Shown: piece after piece, positions 8,432 to 16,984 of the stretch
Numbering within the stretch: the stretch's first letter is position 1
How the letters are laid out: each line of letters starts with the position of its first letter
Assembly (NCBI GenBank): GCA_046262815.1
Contig: JBHELY010000011.1
Coordinates: forward strand, 1,783-65,782
Direction: 5' to 3'
From: Chthoniobacterales bacterium
GTDB lineage: Bacteria; Verrucomicrobiota; Verrucomicrobiia; Chthoniobacterales; UBA10450
Length of the DNA: 64,000 nt
Program-made: the position numbers and the translations under genes
Notes under the pieces: generated by a model
Databases searched by the model: none
What the model was told of the DNA's origin: nothing
The model's input: only the letters and a program-made list of their open reading frames with translations

Positions 8432-11400
8432 TTATTTCGCCGGCGGAGTCGGATTCCGGTTCGGATACGGCGGCGGCCCAGGCGGCAACGAATAACCCTT
8501 CGTCTTCATGTCCTTCTGGATTTCTTCGATCGCGCGATCGAGCTGCTGGTCTTCGCCGTGAAATTCCTTCGACGGATCGTTATCGACGACGATGTCGGGA
8601 TCGACGCCGTGACCTTCAATGACCCATTCCTTGCCGTCCTTCGAAAAGGGAGCGAACTCCGGCCGGAATAACTGGCCGCCGTCCGTGAGCGGAAGCGGAT
8701 TACGAATTCCGACCACGCCGCCCCAGGTCCGTTTGCCTATCAATTTACCAAGTCCCAGTGCCTTGAAGCGATACGGGAAGATATCGCCATCCGACGCCGA
8801 AAACTCGTCACATAACGCGACCATTGGCCCCACGAACGTCAGTGGCGGATTCGTTTGCGGCGTACCGTTACGCGCGATCTCCACCATCACGAGCGCGCGC
8901 CGGAGACGATCGATCACCAGCGGTGAAACGAAGCCGCCGCCGTTGCCGCGCACGTCCACGATCAGACCTTTCTTGCGGATCTGCGGGAAGTATTGCTTGG
9001 TGAATTCGTTTAAGCCCGGCTGTCCCATGTCGGGAATATGAATGTAACCAACCTGGCCGTTGGTCTTCTTGGTAACTTCATCCACGTTCTTCTGGACCCA
9101 GGCGCGATAGTAAAGCGGCGACTCGTCCGAGACGGGAACGACGGTGATGTCGCGCGCGCCATCGTCCGCCGGTTTCGAGTTGACCCGGAGAATGACTTGT
9201 TTGTCGGCGGTGCCGATAAGCGCGTCGTAGATATTGGTCAGGGTGCTAACCGGCGTGCCGTTAACCGCCAGAATGTAATCGCCCGCTTTCACATTCACGC
9301 CGACCGCGGTAAGCGGCGAACGCCCGTGCTTGTCCCAGTTCTCGCCCGGCAGGATCTTCTCAATCTTGTAAGCCTTACTCGCCGGATCGCGCGATAGCTC
9401 CGCGCCAAGTAGTCCTAGCTTGATGCGCGGCGTCTCGGGACGTTCGCCGCCGGCGACGTAAGCATGCCCGTTGTTCAACTCGCCGATTAACTCACCGACG
9501 AGATAGGTAAGATCGTTGCGATGATTCACGAATGGAACCAGCGCGCCATACTTGTCGCGCATCGCTTTCCAGTCCACGCCGTTCATGTTCGGCGCGTAGA
9601 AGAAATCGCGCATATGCCGCCACGATTCGTTGTAGATCTGGGTCCACTCCGCATGGCGATCGAGCTTCATGTCGAGCCCGGAGAGCTTTAGCCGAAAATC
9701 TTTCCCGGCCTTATCGTCCTTGATCTCGATCTTGTCCTTCGGCAGGTCGATCATTGCGTATTCCTTGCCGATCTTTACCAGCATCTTCTTCCCGTCGTAG
9801 GTGATCTCGTAGTTACTTACATCGCCCAGGACGGTTTCCTTGCGGTCGTCAATGCTGTAGGAGCAGAGATGCCAGCGACGGTTGTCCGGGCCTCCATCAT
9901 CGTCGTCATCGCCACGGTCGTCCGCCACGGTGCGGCGCATGTAGAACACGCGATCGTTCACCAGTCGCAGATTCCGGTAGTTAGCAGAAGGAATGTCCAG
10001 CGCGATAAGACGGTCGTGAATGCCGTCCAGGTCCACCTTCACTGTTACTGGCTTCTTGGCACCCGGCTCTTTGTCCTTACCATCTTTGTCGTCCTTCTTG
10101 GTATCTTCGCCGGGTTTCTTATCGGGCTTAGCTTTGTCTTTGTCAGCTTCCTTACCCTTGTCCTTGTCGTCCGGCTTGTCTTTCTCCTTCTCCTTCTTCT
10201 TACCTACTTCATCGCTCCGCGGCCCGAGTGGGTTTTCCGTCTCCTTCGATAACGTCACCAGGTACACCCGCTCCAGGTCGCGATAGATGTTGTTGAAATC
10301 GGTTTGATCGAAGAGGGGCTTGAAATCCCGGCTCGAGGTCATCATGAGATATTTGCCGTCATCGCTGAACGTCGCGCTATCCGCCGAATACCATTCGTCG
10401 GTTACCGGCGTTTCCTTCTTGTTCGCGAGCGAAAAGAGGTGAACGCGGTCGCCGCCGTTCTCTTCCTGCCGCACCCAGGCGATCCAGTTACTGTCCGGCG
10501 ACCAATCATAGCTGCCGATCTCGGCTTCCTTGCTTTGGTCCACCTGCGTGATGGCCTTGCTCGCGACATCGATGTAACGCAACCGCTGCAAGCGATCGCT
10601 CCACATGAGCTTCTTGCTATCAGGCGACCAGGCCGCGCCGTAGTAGTAGGTGTCGGCGTTGCTGGTTAATTGCGTGGGCTCGCCTTTGCCATCCTGCGAA
10701 CGAACGTACAACTCGTTCTCACCCGTCACGTCCGAGTTATAGGCAATCCATTTCCCGTCGGGCGACCAAACCGCATCGCGCTCATGCGCGTTCGAGGTCT
10801 TCGTTAAATTCCGCGGGGTCCCGTCTTTTCCTGGGACCGAATACAAATCGCCGCGAGCGACGACGATCACGCGCTGGCCATCCGGCGCCGAAGTGACGGA
10901 TTCAATGTGCTTCGAGGCATCCACCATCGCCGAGCGACCGGATGCGAAATCTTCCTTGATATCGATCGGCACCACGGCCGATTTCCCGCTCGCCAGATCG
11001 TAGCGCCAGATGTAACCAGCCTGCTCGAACACGACCGCGTCTTTCCCGATCGACGGGAACTTGATGTCGTAATCCTTGAAAGTCGTGAGCTGCTTGGTGT
11101 CCTTGCCGGTGAGATCGGCCGAGAACAAATTCATCCGCCCGTCGCGATCGGAAATGAAATAGATCCGGTTATCCGGGCCCCACATCGGGCAGATGTCCTG
11201 CGACGGATCGTTCGTCAGGTTCGTGGTCTGGCCGGTTTTGAAATCGAACATCCAGACGTCGTCGGCCATGCCGCCGCGATAATGTTTCCAGGTGCGGAAC
11301 TCGCGGAAGACGCGGTTATAAACCATCTTCGAATCGTCCGGCGAAAACGAAGCGAACCCGCCGCGCGGCACCGGCAATTGCTGCGGCAGATCGCCGTCCA

Positions 11401-11884
11401 TGCTCGCGGTGTAAAGCTCGCCGATGAAGGAATTGAACATCCGCATGCGACTTCGGAAAACCACCAGCGGCTTCGTGTTCTCCCAGGTCATCACGATGTT
11501 GTTCGGGCCCATCCGGTCCGAGATGTCGTCGCGGCCGACTGTCGTTGTCGTCGTGATCCGCTTCGGCGCGCCGCCTTCGCCGGGCATGACGTAGACTTCC
11601 GTGTTGCCGTCGTACTGCGAGGTGAACGCGATCTGTTTTCCGTCGGGCGAAAAGTGCGGGAACGAAGTGTAACCCGGACCACTCGTTAGGCGGCGGGCGA
11701 CGCCGCCCTCCTTCGCGACGGTGTAAAGCTCGCCGGCGTAACAGAAGACGATTTGCGAGCCGTTCGTGGTCGGGAAACGGAGAAGGCGCGTGGTGTTTGG
11801 TAAGTTTTGGGCTGAAGCAGGGCGGTCGAGCACGAGCGCGATTACGAGCGCGATTACGAGGCGAAGAAGTGAAGTCGGACGCAT
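8432..11884 (-). CDS. tricorn protease homologue (S41 peptidase with beta-propellers and PDZ)
   Basis: 1150 aa. Signal peptide, TolB-like SPDGK propeller repeats, PDZ and S41 core. Carries a Lys/Asp-rich insert at aa 556-612. Confidence 0.85.
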   Translation of the reverse strand: MRPTSLLRLVIALVIALVLDRPASAQNLPNTTRLLRFPTTNGSQIVFCYAGELYTVAKEGGVARRLTSGPGYTSFPHFSPDGKQIAFTSQYDGNTEVYVMPGEGGAPKRITTTTTVGRDDISDRMGPNNIVMTWENTKPLVVFRSRMRMFNSFIGELYTASMDGDLPQQLPVPRGGFASFSPDDSKMVYNRVFREFRTWKHYRGGMADDVWMFDFKTGQTTNLTNDPSQDICPMWGPDNRIYFISDRDGRMNLFSADLTGKDTKQLTTFKDYDIKFPSIGKDAVVFEQAGYIWRYDLASGKSAVVPIDIKEDFASGRSAMVDASKHIESVTSAPDGQRVIVVARGDLYSVPGKDGTPRNLTKTSNAHERDAVWSPDGKWIAYNSDVTGENELYVRSQDGKGEPTQLTSNADTYYYGAAWSPDSKKLMWSDRLQRLRYIDVASKAITQVDQSKEAEIGSYDWSPDSNWIAWVRQEENGGDRVHLFSLANKKETPVTDEWYSADSATFSDDGKYLMMTSSRDFKPLFDQTDFNNIYRDLERVYLVTLSKETENPLGPRSDEVGKKKEKEKDKPDDKDKGKEADKDKAKPDKKPGEDTKKDDKDGKDKEPGAKKPVTVKVDLDGIHDRLIALDIPSANYRNLRLVNDRVFYMRRTVADDRGDDDDDGGPDNRRWHLCSYSIDDRKETVLGDVSNYEITYDGKKMLVKIGKEYAMIDLPKDKIEIKDDKAGKDFRLKLSGLDMKLDRHAEWTQIYNESWRHMRDFFYAPNMNGVDWKAMRDKYGALVPFVNHRNDLTYLVGELIGELNNGHAYVAGGERPETPRIKLGLLGAELSRDPASKAYKIEKILPGENWDKHGRSPLTAVGVNVKAGDYILAVNGTPVSTLTNIYDALIGTADKQVILRVNSKPADDGARDITVVPVSDESPLYYRAWVQKNVDEVTKKTNGQVGYIHIPDMGQPGLNEFTKQYFPQIRKKGLIVDVRGNGGGFVSPLVIDRLRRALVMVEIARNGTPQTNPPLTFVGPMVALCDEFSASDGDIFPYRFKALGLGKLIGKRTWGGVVGIRNPLPLTDGGQLFRPEFAPFSKDGKEWVIEGHGVDPDIVVDNDPSKEFHGEDQQLDRAIEEIQKDMKTKGYSLPPGPPPYPNRNPTPPAK

Positions 11885-11977
11885 AAGTGGAATAGAGAAG
11901 TGGCGATCAAGCTGGCGTGAGGCCGCCGGCCTGACAACTGCGTTAGTTTGTTTGGACTGCGGAGCCGCGGGGCCGCG

Positions 11978-12571
11978 CTACGCCGTTATCCGGCGGAACA
12001 TAATCGCGGCTACGACGCCCACCAAGAAAAATCCGACGAACTGGATAAACATATAGGCAGCGGTGTAGTTCGTCGGGAAGCCATACCAGTTCCAATACGA
12101 GACGTTGGTCGAGATCGCGGTCATGAGTCCCGCGGCGGTGACAAAACCGACCCGGCCGCCGAAGCTGACCAGGCGGGTTTGGGCCAGCAGCCACACGACC
12201 AAGAGCGCCTCGCACAGCTCGGTGATGAACTCGATGGTCAGATATTTTCCCATGTTCATCGGACGCGACCCAGCCGGATGATAGAGAATAAGCCCGGACG
12301 GATGCTTCTCGAGTTTTTCCGGGTATTTTCCCATCGCTGCGCTCTGTTGCGCGTGCGTCGCATCGGGCGGAAGACCCATGGTCGGATAAATGTAGAGGCC
12401 TTCCTTGTTTTTCACGGTCGATTTCAGCTCTGAGAGAAGCGCTGCATCGTCTGTCGTGTTTTGGACGCCGGCTTCGCCGATGGGCAGCGCCATGTGCGCG
12501 ATTGCAGTCCAGGCAAACATGGCGATGGCGCCAAGAAGGCCGGCGAGAAGAATTCGAGTTCCAGTATTCAT
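11978..12571 (-). CDS. membrane protein, hypothetical
   Basis: ORF 11978..12622 trimmed to ATG 12571, which is preceded by AGGAGG. N-terminal TM plus a C-terminal multi-TM block. Confidence 0.6.
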   Translation of the reverse strand: MNTGTRILLAGLLGAIAMFAWTAIAHMALPIGEAGVQNTTDDAALLSELKSTVKNKEGLYIYPTMGLPPDATHAQQSAAMGKYPEKLEKHPSGLILYHPAGSRPMNMGKYLTIEFITELCEALLVVWLLAQTRLVSFGGRVGFVTAAGLMTAISTNVSYWNWYGFPTNYTAAYMFIQFVGFFLVGVVAAIMFRRITA

Positions 12572-12634
12572 AATTTCCTCCTGAGGGCGGAGATTATGAG
12601 CGGAAATAAAAACGCGTGGCAAGCCGTAACGCGC

Positions 12635-12883
12635 TTAGCTGCGTCCGCTCTGGATCGAGCTGATCCGGTAGCGTTCCATCAACTCCTGGCGCAGCTGCAG
12701 CTCCATGTCGGGCCGCAAACGGCTCAGCACTTTTTCGCGCCGGGCCGGATCCATCGCGATCAACTCGCGCAGAAACTTGTCGCGCGTCCGCTTTTTTTCG
12801 TAGCGACTCCAGGCCACTCCGACCGCCAGCAACAAACAAATTCCCCAGAGGATGATCGATGTCAGGGAGATCGCGGCAATCAT
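12635..12883 (-). CDS. small membrane-anchored protein, hypothetical
   Basis: 82 aa. N-terminal TM helix followed by a charged helix. Confidence 0.5.
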   Translation of the reverse strand: MIAAISLTSIILWGICLLLAVGVAWSRYEKKRTRDKFLRELIAMDPARREKVLSRLRPDMELQLRQELMERYRISSIQSGRS

Positions 12884-12898
12884 CGAGATAAATGTCTC

Positions 12899-14854
12899 TC
12901 AGGGTTCGATCTTGTAAACCTCGACCACGCCTATCCCGCTGCCGTCTGCCCGGCCCGCAAGAACCGCGGTGTATTGGCCCGGCGGAAGCGTCGCGACTAT
13001 TGCGGATTCTCGATCGTTCGTCGGCGCGAGGGTGGTCGCTTCGATCTCAGTTGGCTGCGAGTCCCGCCAGTTATCGTTAAACGCGATCGCGATGCCGTTG
13101 CCGTCGTGCAACTCGAGCGTGGGATCATCCAGCGGTTGCGCGATACCGACCGCCGCGAGTGAGGGGCCGATGCCACGCACGATTACTTTCGAGCTGCCGC
13201 TACCGCCGGCCAAGACAAACCCGGCGATCATCACTTCTTCCCCGCGACCGATGACACCGCGCGTGCTGATATTCGCCAGCTGTCCGGAGCCGGCCTCGCT
13301 CAAATCGTAAACCTCGGCCACCGCGATCCCGCTCGTCGCGCTGCGGCCCCTGACGATCGCCGTGTAGGAACCCGGTGCGAGCGTCGCCAGGATCGCCGCT
13401 TCGCGATCGTCAGCGGGCGGGATGCCGGTCGCGATGATCGCGGCTTCCTGCGAATATCGCCAGCTGTTGTTGAAAGCGAGCCGGGTTCCGTCCGCGGCGC
13501 GCAATTCCAAAACCGGATCCTGGAGCGCACCATCGATATCAGCCTGTTCCAAGGAAGGACCGATCGCTCTCAGCAACACCTGGCGCGGACCGTTGCCCGT
13601 CAAAATGAATCCGGCGATGAGAACATTGTCGCCGGTCTGCGCTTTGAGACGCGTGGAAATATTGAGCGCTTGCGACGGCGCGCCGGACTGGGTGGGAAGA
13701 AACGCAAGCTGCGCGAGTGGATTCCAAGGATCGCCCTGACTTTCGTAGACAACGCCGCTTGCCTGCGGCTGCGTGCTTGAATCCCAAAAAGAAACCGGTC
13801 CGAAGATGTGTTCGAGCGTGTAGTTCGCCACCTGGTCTGCGGTCATCGGATCGGTCCACAAAACCCGGCCGTTTGGCGTGCCATCGCCGTTACTGTCCGC
13901 GAGGAGATTGCCGTTCAAATCCACGCTGCCGAACTCCGAGTAGCGCGTGAGCGGATCGCGATCGGCATTGGAATTCGCTCCGGGTACGCCCGGGTCGTTC
14001 CACGGGTCCCATCCGGCGGAAGTAATGTGCGGACCCATCTTTGTGCGAATGAAGATGACACTCGGCATCTTCTGCGGGTCCCACCACATCCAGGGACGCC
14101 CGAGGAATACCGTCGCGGGTTGCGCGGTGGTGTTGTCGTCGACGGAAGGGTTGCGATCGCGGCCCGACACCAGCGCGCAATCAAGGAAAACAAATCCGTT
14201 GGCTGTGGCTCGAGATGTGTCGGCGGCCGTAATGTAGCCGAAGTCCGTGCTCTCGATCGTGCAATGGTCGAACACCACTGTGGCGTCCCCGAAAATAAAA
14301 TCGGCGTCGCCGGTCACAAAGCTGTCCCGGAAATATTGGCGCGACCTTTCATCGAGGAAAAGCGTGTCCTGGTAACCGAGGACCCGGACGTTATCGAAAA
14401 TGACGCGGTCGGCGCTGGAGCGGACCGCCAGGCCCGGCGAAATATTTTTATCCGGCATCGAATTCTCGAACGTCAGGTTGCGCGCCATGAACGCCAGCGC
14501 CGTATCTTGAATGTCGACGATCTCCCCGTAATCAAAACCGCCCGCGACATAGGCCCGTGCGAAACTGATCTTCGTCGCGTCTGCTGAAGCACCTGTGCCG
14601 ATGAAGCTGAGGTACGGCTTGTTGATGGTAACGAGCTCGTGGTAAGTGCCCGGCGCGATAAAAATGTTCGCGCGGTTCAATTCGCTTTGACCGGACACGG
14701 CATCCACCGCGGACTGGACGGTCGGATAAGCATTCGCATCGCTCGGATCGACGTAATAGTCGGAGGCTCCGGCCAGGCGAGGCATCGCAAACAGCGACGC
14801 CGCTCCGAGCAGCAGCAACATTTCGTGAATTATCTTGGGGCCGCGACGACGCAT
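12899..14854 (-). CDS. pectinesterase (CE8) with two C-terminal ~123-aa repeat modules
   Basis: 651 aa with a signal peptide. CE8 signatures GYQDTLF, GDADFIFG, LGRPW. Repeats are encoded at 13301-13669 and 12911-13279. Confidence 0.85.
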   Translation of the reverse strand: MRRRGPKIIHEMLLLLGAASLFAMPRLAGASDYYVDPSDANAYPTVQSAVDAVSGQSELNRANIFIAPGTYHELVTINKPYLSFIGTGASADATKISFARAYVAGGFDYGEIVDIQDTALAFMARNLTFENSMPDKNISPGLAVRSSADRVIFDNVRVLGYQDTLFLDERSRQYFRDSFVTGDADFIFGDATVVFDHCTIESTDFGYITAADTSRATANGFVFLDCALVSGRDRNPSVDDNTTAQPATVFLGRPWMWWDPQKMPSVIFIRTKMGPHITSAGWDPWNDPGVPGANSNADRDPLTRYSEFGSVDLNGNLLADSNGDGTPNGRVLWTDPMTADQVANYTLEHIFGPVSFWDSSTQPQASGVVYESQGDPWNPLAQLAFLPTQSGAPSQALNISTRLKAQTGDNVLIAGFILTGNGPRQVLLRAIGPSLEQADIDGALQDPVLELRAADGTRLAFNNSWRYSQEAAIIATGIPPADDREAAILATLAPGSYTAIVRGRSATSGIAVAEVYDLSEAGSGQLANISTRGVIGRGEEVMIAGFVLAGGSGSSKVIVRGIGPSLAAVGIAQPLDDPTLELHDGNGIAIAFNDNWRDSQPTEIEATTLAPTNDRESAIVATLPPGQYTAVLAGRADGSGIGVVEVYKIEP

Positions 14855-15043
14855 GACAGATCAAACCCTTTGCGGGCCGGCGAGTTTGGAGAATGTCCGC
14901 CGTTAAAGCGAGCGCGATTTTCCGAAAAAATAATTAAATCTGCCGCGATTCAACGCTCAAATTACCGTTGCCATTCGAATTCAATTAGAGGGTTGGCGAC
15001 TCTGGGACGGCTGGCCTTCCAACGTGCAGGGAAAGGGTAGCCC

Positions 15044-16864
15044 ATGGAACACAAAATTTTTCTCGGCAAATATCGCGTCGCTCAGGACGAAATCGCGCTC
15101 GCGGCCACTGAACCGGCGACGGTCGCGGTCACCGCGACGGAACAGATCGCGCCCGCGCGCATTTATCGCGGCGAAGATACAGATTCCGGCCGGACCGTGA
15201 CCATAGAAGTGATTCCCGCCGGCGCCTTCAAGCCTTCCATTCGCGCTAAACTCGAAACGGAAGCGACGGCCGCGAAACAGATCAACCACATCAACATTCC
15301 CGCGCTCTACGATTTCGGGATCGAAGACGATCAGCTCATCTACGTCACCGAATACTTCGACGGCACGAGCGCCGAAGAATGGGTGAACCAGCACGGCCCG
15401 ATGCCCACCGGCGCGGCGTTGCGCATCGCGCTCCAGGTCATCGGCGCGATGGGCGCGGCTTCGTTCCACAAGATTTCGCATCACGCCATTAATCCGGCGA
15501 ACCTGATTCTCGTTCCCGGACAAACGCCCGAGGGCGATTGGCCGCTCATCAAAGTGCTGCACTTCATCGGCGTTGCTCCGACCTTCATGAATGGCGACAT
15601 GTCTGTCGCCGCGTTCGACAAATCGTCGCACTACGCGAGCCCGGAACAATTGCAGGGCGGCGCCGTCCATTTCCGCTCCGAGATTTATTCACTCGGCGCG
15701 ACGATGTGGTTTTTGCTCACCGGCGCGCCGCCGTTGATGGCGCCGAAAGGCCCGCTCGCGATGCAGCCGACGACGATCGGTCTCGCGGTCGACAAGTTGA
15801 AAGGAATGCCGAAGCGCGTCCGGCGTTTGGTCTCGCAAATGTTGTCCGTCGATCCCGCCGCGCGCCCGCAGGATCCGCTCGCGTTTTACCGGCAGATCCA
15901 AGATTCCATCGCGCAGGTTGATCGGCGCGAATCGATGGCAAGAAAACTTGGGGTCCCGTTCATTGGGCGCTCGAATGTTGTTGCGCTGCCGAAGCGCCAG
16001 CGGTTTTCGGCGAGAACGCTCGCCCTGGCTGCGATCGTCATCGCGTTCGTGACGTTGAGTTCGGTTTTGCTCGCGAATTATTTCCGGCATCAACGCATTC
16101 GTGAGGCCACCGAACCGATCGGCGTCCCGATTGGCATACCCGAAAAGGCTGCCTCCGCGCCGCCGGTGATCGCGAGCGCGCCAAGTGTCGCTCCCGCTCC
16201 GCAACCGCCGCAGCAAACCGCCGCGCCGAATCCCGATCAAGAAAATCAGCCGCCGCCACCGAGTCCGGAAAAAGCGCCGGTGATCGCCGCGAACAACCAA
16301 TCATCGGCGCCGACCGTTGCGCCCGCGCCCTCTGAGCCGCCGAAGATTGCGGCCAACGAACCAAAGGTTGTCGAAGAAAAAGGTTCCGCTCCCGAGCCTC
16401 CGAAGATCGCGGCGAACGAACAGCGAACGGTTGAAGAAAAATCCAGCGCGCCGGAACCGACAGAGCCCGTGCGCACGGAAGTTCGCAAAGAAAAAACCGA
16501 GCGCGCTCCTGAAGTCGCAGCCGCCCGTCGAATCTCACCGGAAGTCCGCCGCGCTGAGCCCGCGCCGCCGGCCGAAGGTCCCGAAGAAGTAGCCACCGCG
16601 CCCGAGAAAAAAGTCGAGCCCGCGACGAAAGTCAGGAAAGAACGCGCTCGCAATCCGAAGCCCGCGCCCGACGAAGAATCCATCCCACGCGCCGAGCCGG
16701 CCAATGGTGACGAAGAAGCGATCCCAAGCCAAGCCCCGCAAATGCAGCAACTCCCGCGTGGCCGCACCCGCGCTAAATTCATCGGCGTCACCGCCGATGG
16801 AAACTGGATGTTCTCCCTGCCCAACAAAAAGATCGTGATCGTTCCACCCCCGCCGGGCGGATAA
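15044..16864 (+). CDS. membrane-anchored Ser/Thr-kinase-fold protein, predicted pseudokinase
   Basis: The kinase fold is recognisable (YVTEYFDG, YASPEQ, IYSLGATMWFLLTGAPP). However VAIK is VTIEVI, HRDxKPxN is HHAINPAN, and DFG is HFIG. A TM helix follows (LALAAIVIAFVTLSSVLLA), then a Pro/Ala/Glu-rich tail with a 21-aa repeat. Confidence 0.8.
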   Translation: MEHKIFLGKYRVAQDEIALAATEPATVAVTATEQIAPARIYRGEDTDSGRTVTIEVIPAGAFKPSIRAKLETEATAAKQINHINIPALYDFGIEDDQLIYVTEYFDGTSAEEWVNQHGPMPTGAALRIALQVIGAMGAASFHKISHHAINPANLILVPGQTPEGDWPLIKVLHFIGVAPTFMNGDMSVAAFDKSSHYASPEQLQGGAVHFRSEIYSLGATMWFLLTGAPPLMAPKGPLAMQPTTIGLAVDKLKGMPKRVRRLVSQMLSVDPAARPQDPLAFYRQIQDSIAQVDRRESMARKLGVPFIGRSNVVALPKRQRFSARTLALAAIVIAFVTLSSVLLANYFRHQRIREATEPIGVPIGIPEKAASAPPVIASAPSVAPAPQPPQQTAAPNPDQENQPPPPSPEKAPVIAANNQSSAPTVAPAPSEPPKIAANEPKVVEEKGSAPEPPKIAANEQRTVEEKSSAPEPTEPVRTEVRKEKTERAPEVAAARRISPEVRRAEPAPPAEGPEEVATAPEKKVEPATKVRKERARNPKPAPDEESIPRAEPANGDEEAIPSQAPQMQQLPRGRTRAKFIGVTADGNWMFSLPNKKIVIVPPPPGG

Positions 16865-16870
16865 TCCAGA

Positions 16871-16964
16871 TTCGTGGCCACTCTCACGCTTCGCATAGCG
16901 AAGCGGCTACAGAAGAATAAGCCGCCTTTTCTGTAGCCGTCGCCCTGGGGGCGACGCCACGAAT
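16871..16964. repeat. REP/REPIN-like nested palindromes (cloverleaf-like topology) between convergent genes
   Basis: Outer stem TTCGTGG/CCACGAA encloses three hairpins. They are CGCTTCGC-ata-GCGAAGCG, GCTACAGAA-14nt-TTCTGTAGC and CGTCGCCC-tgg-GGGCGACG. Two TGTAGC heads face each other. Confidence 0.6.
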
Positions 16965-16984
16965 GTTATTTGGACGGGTCTTCG

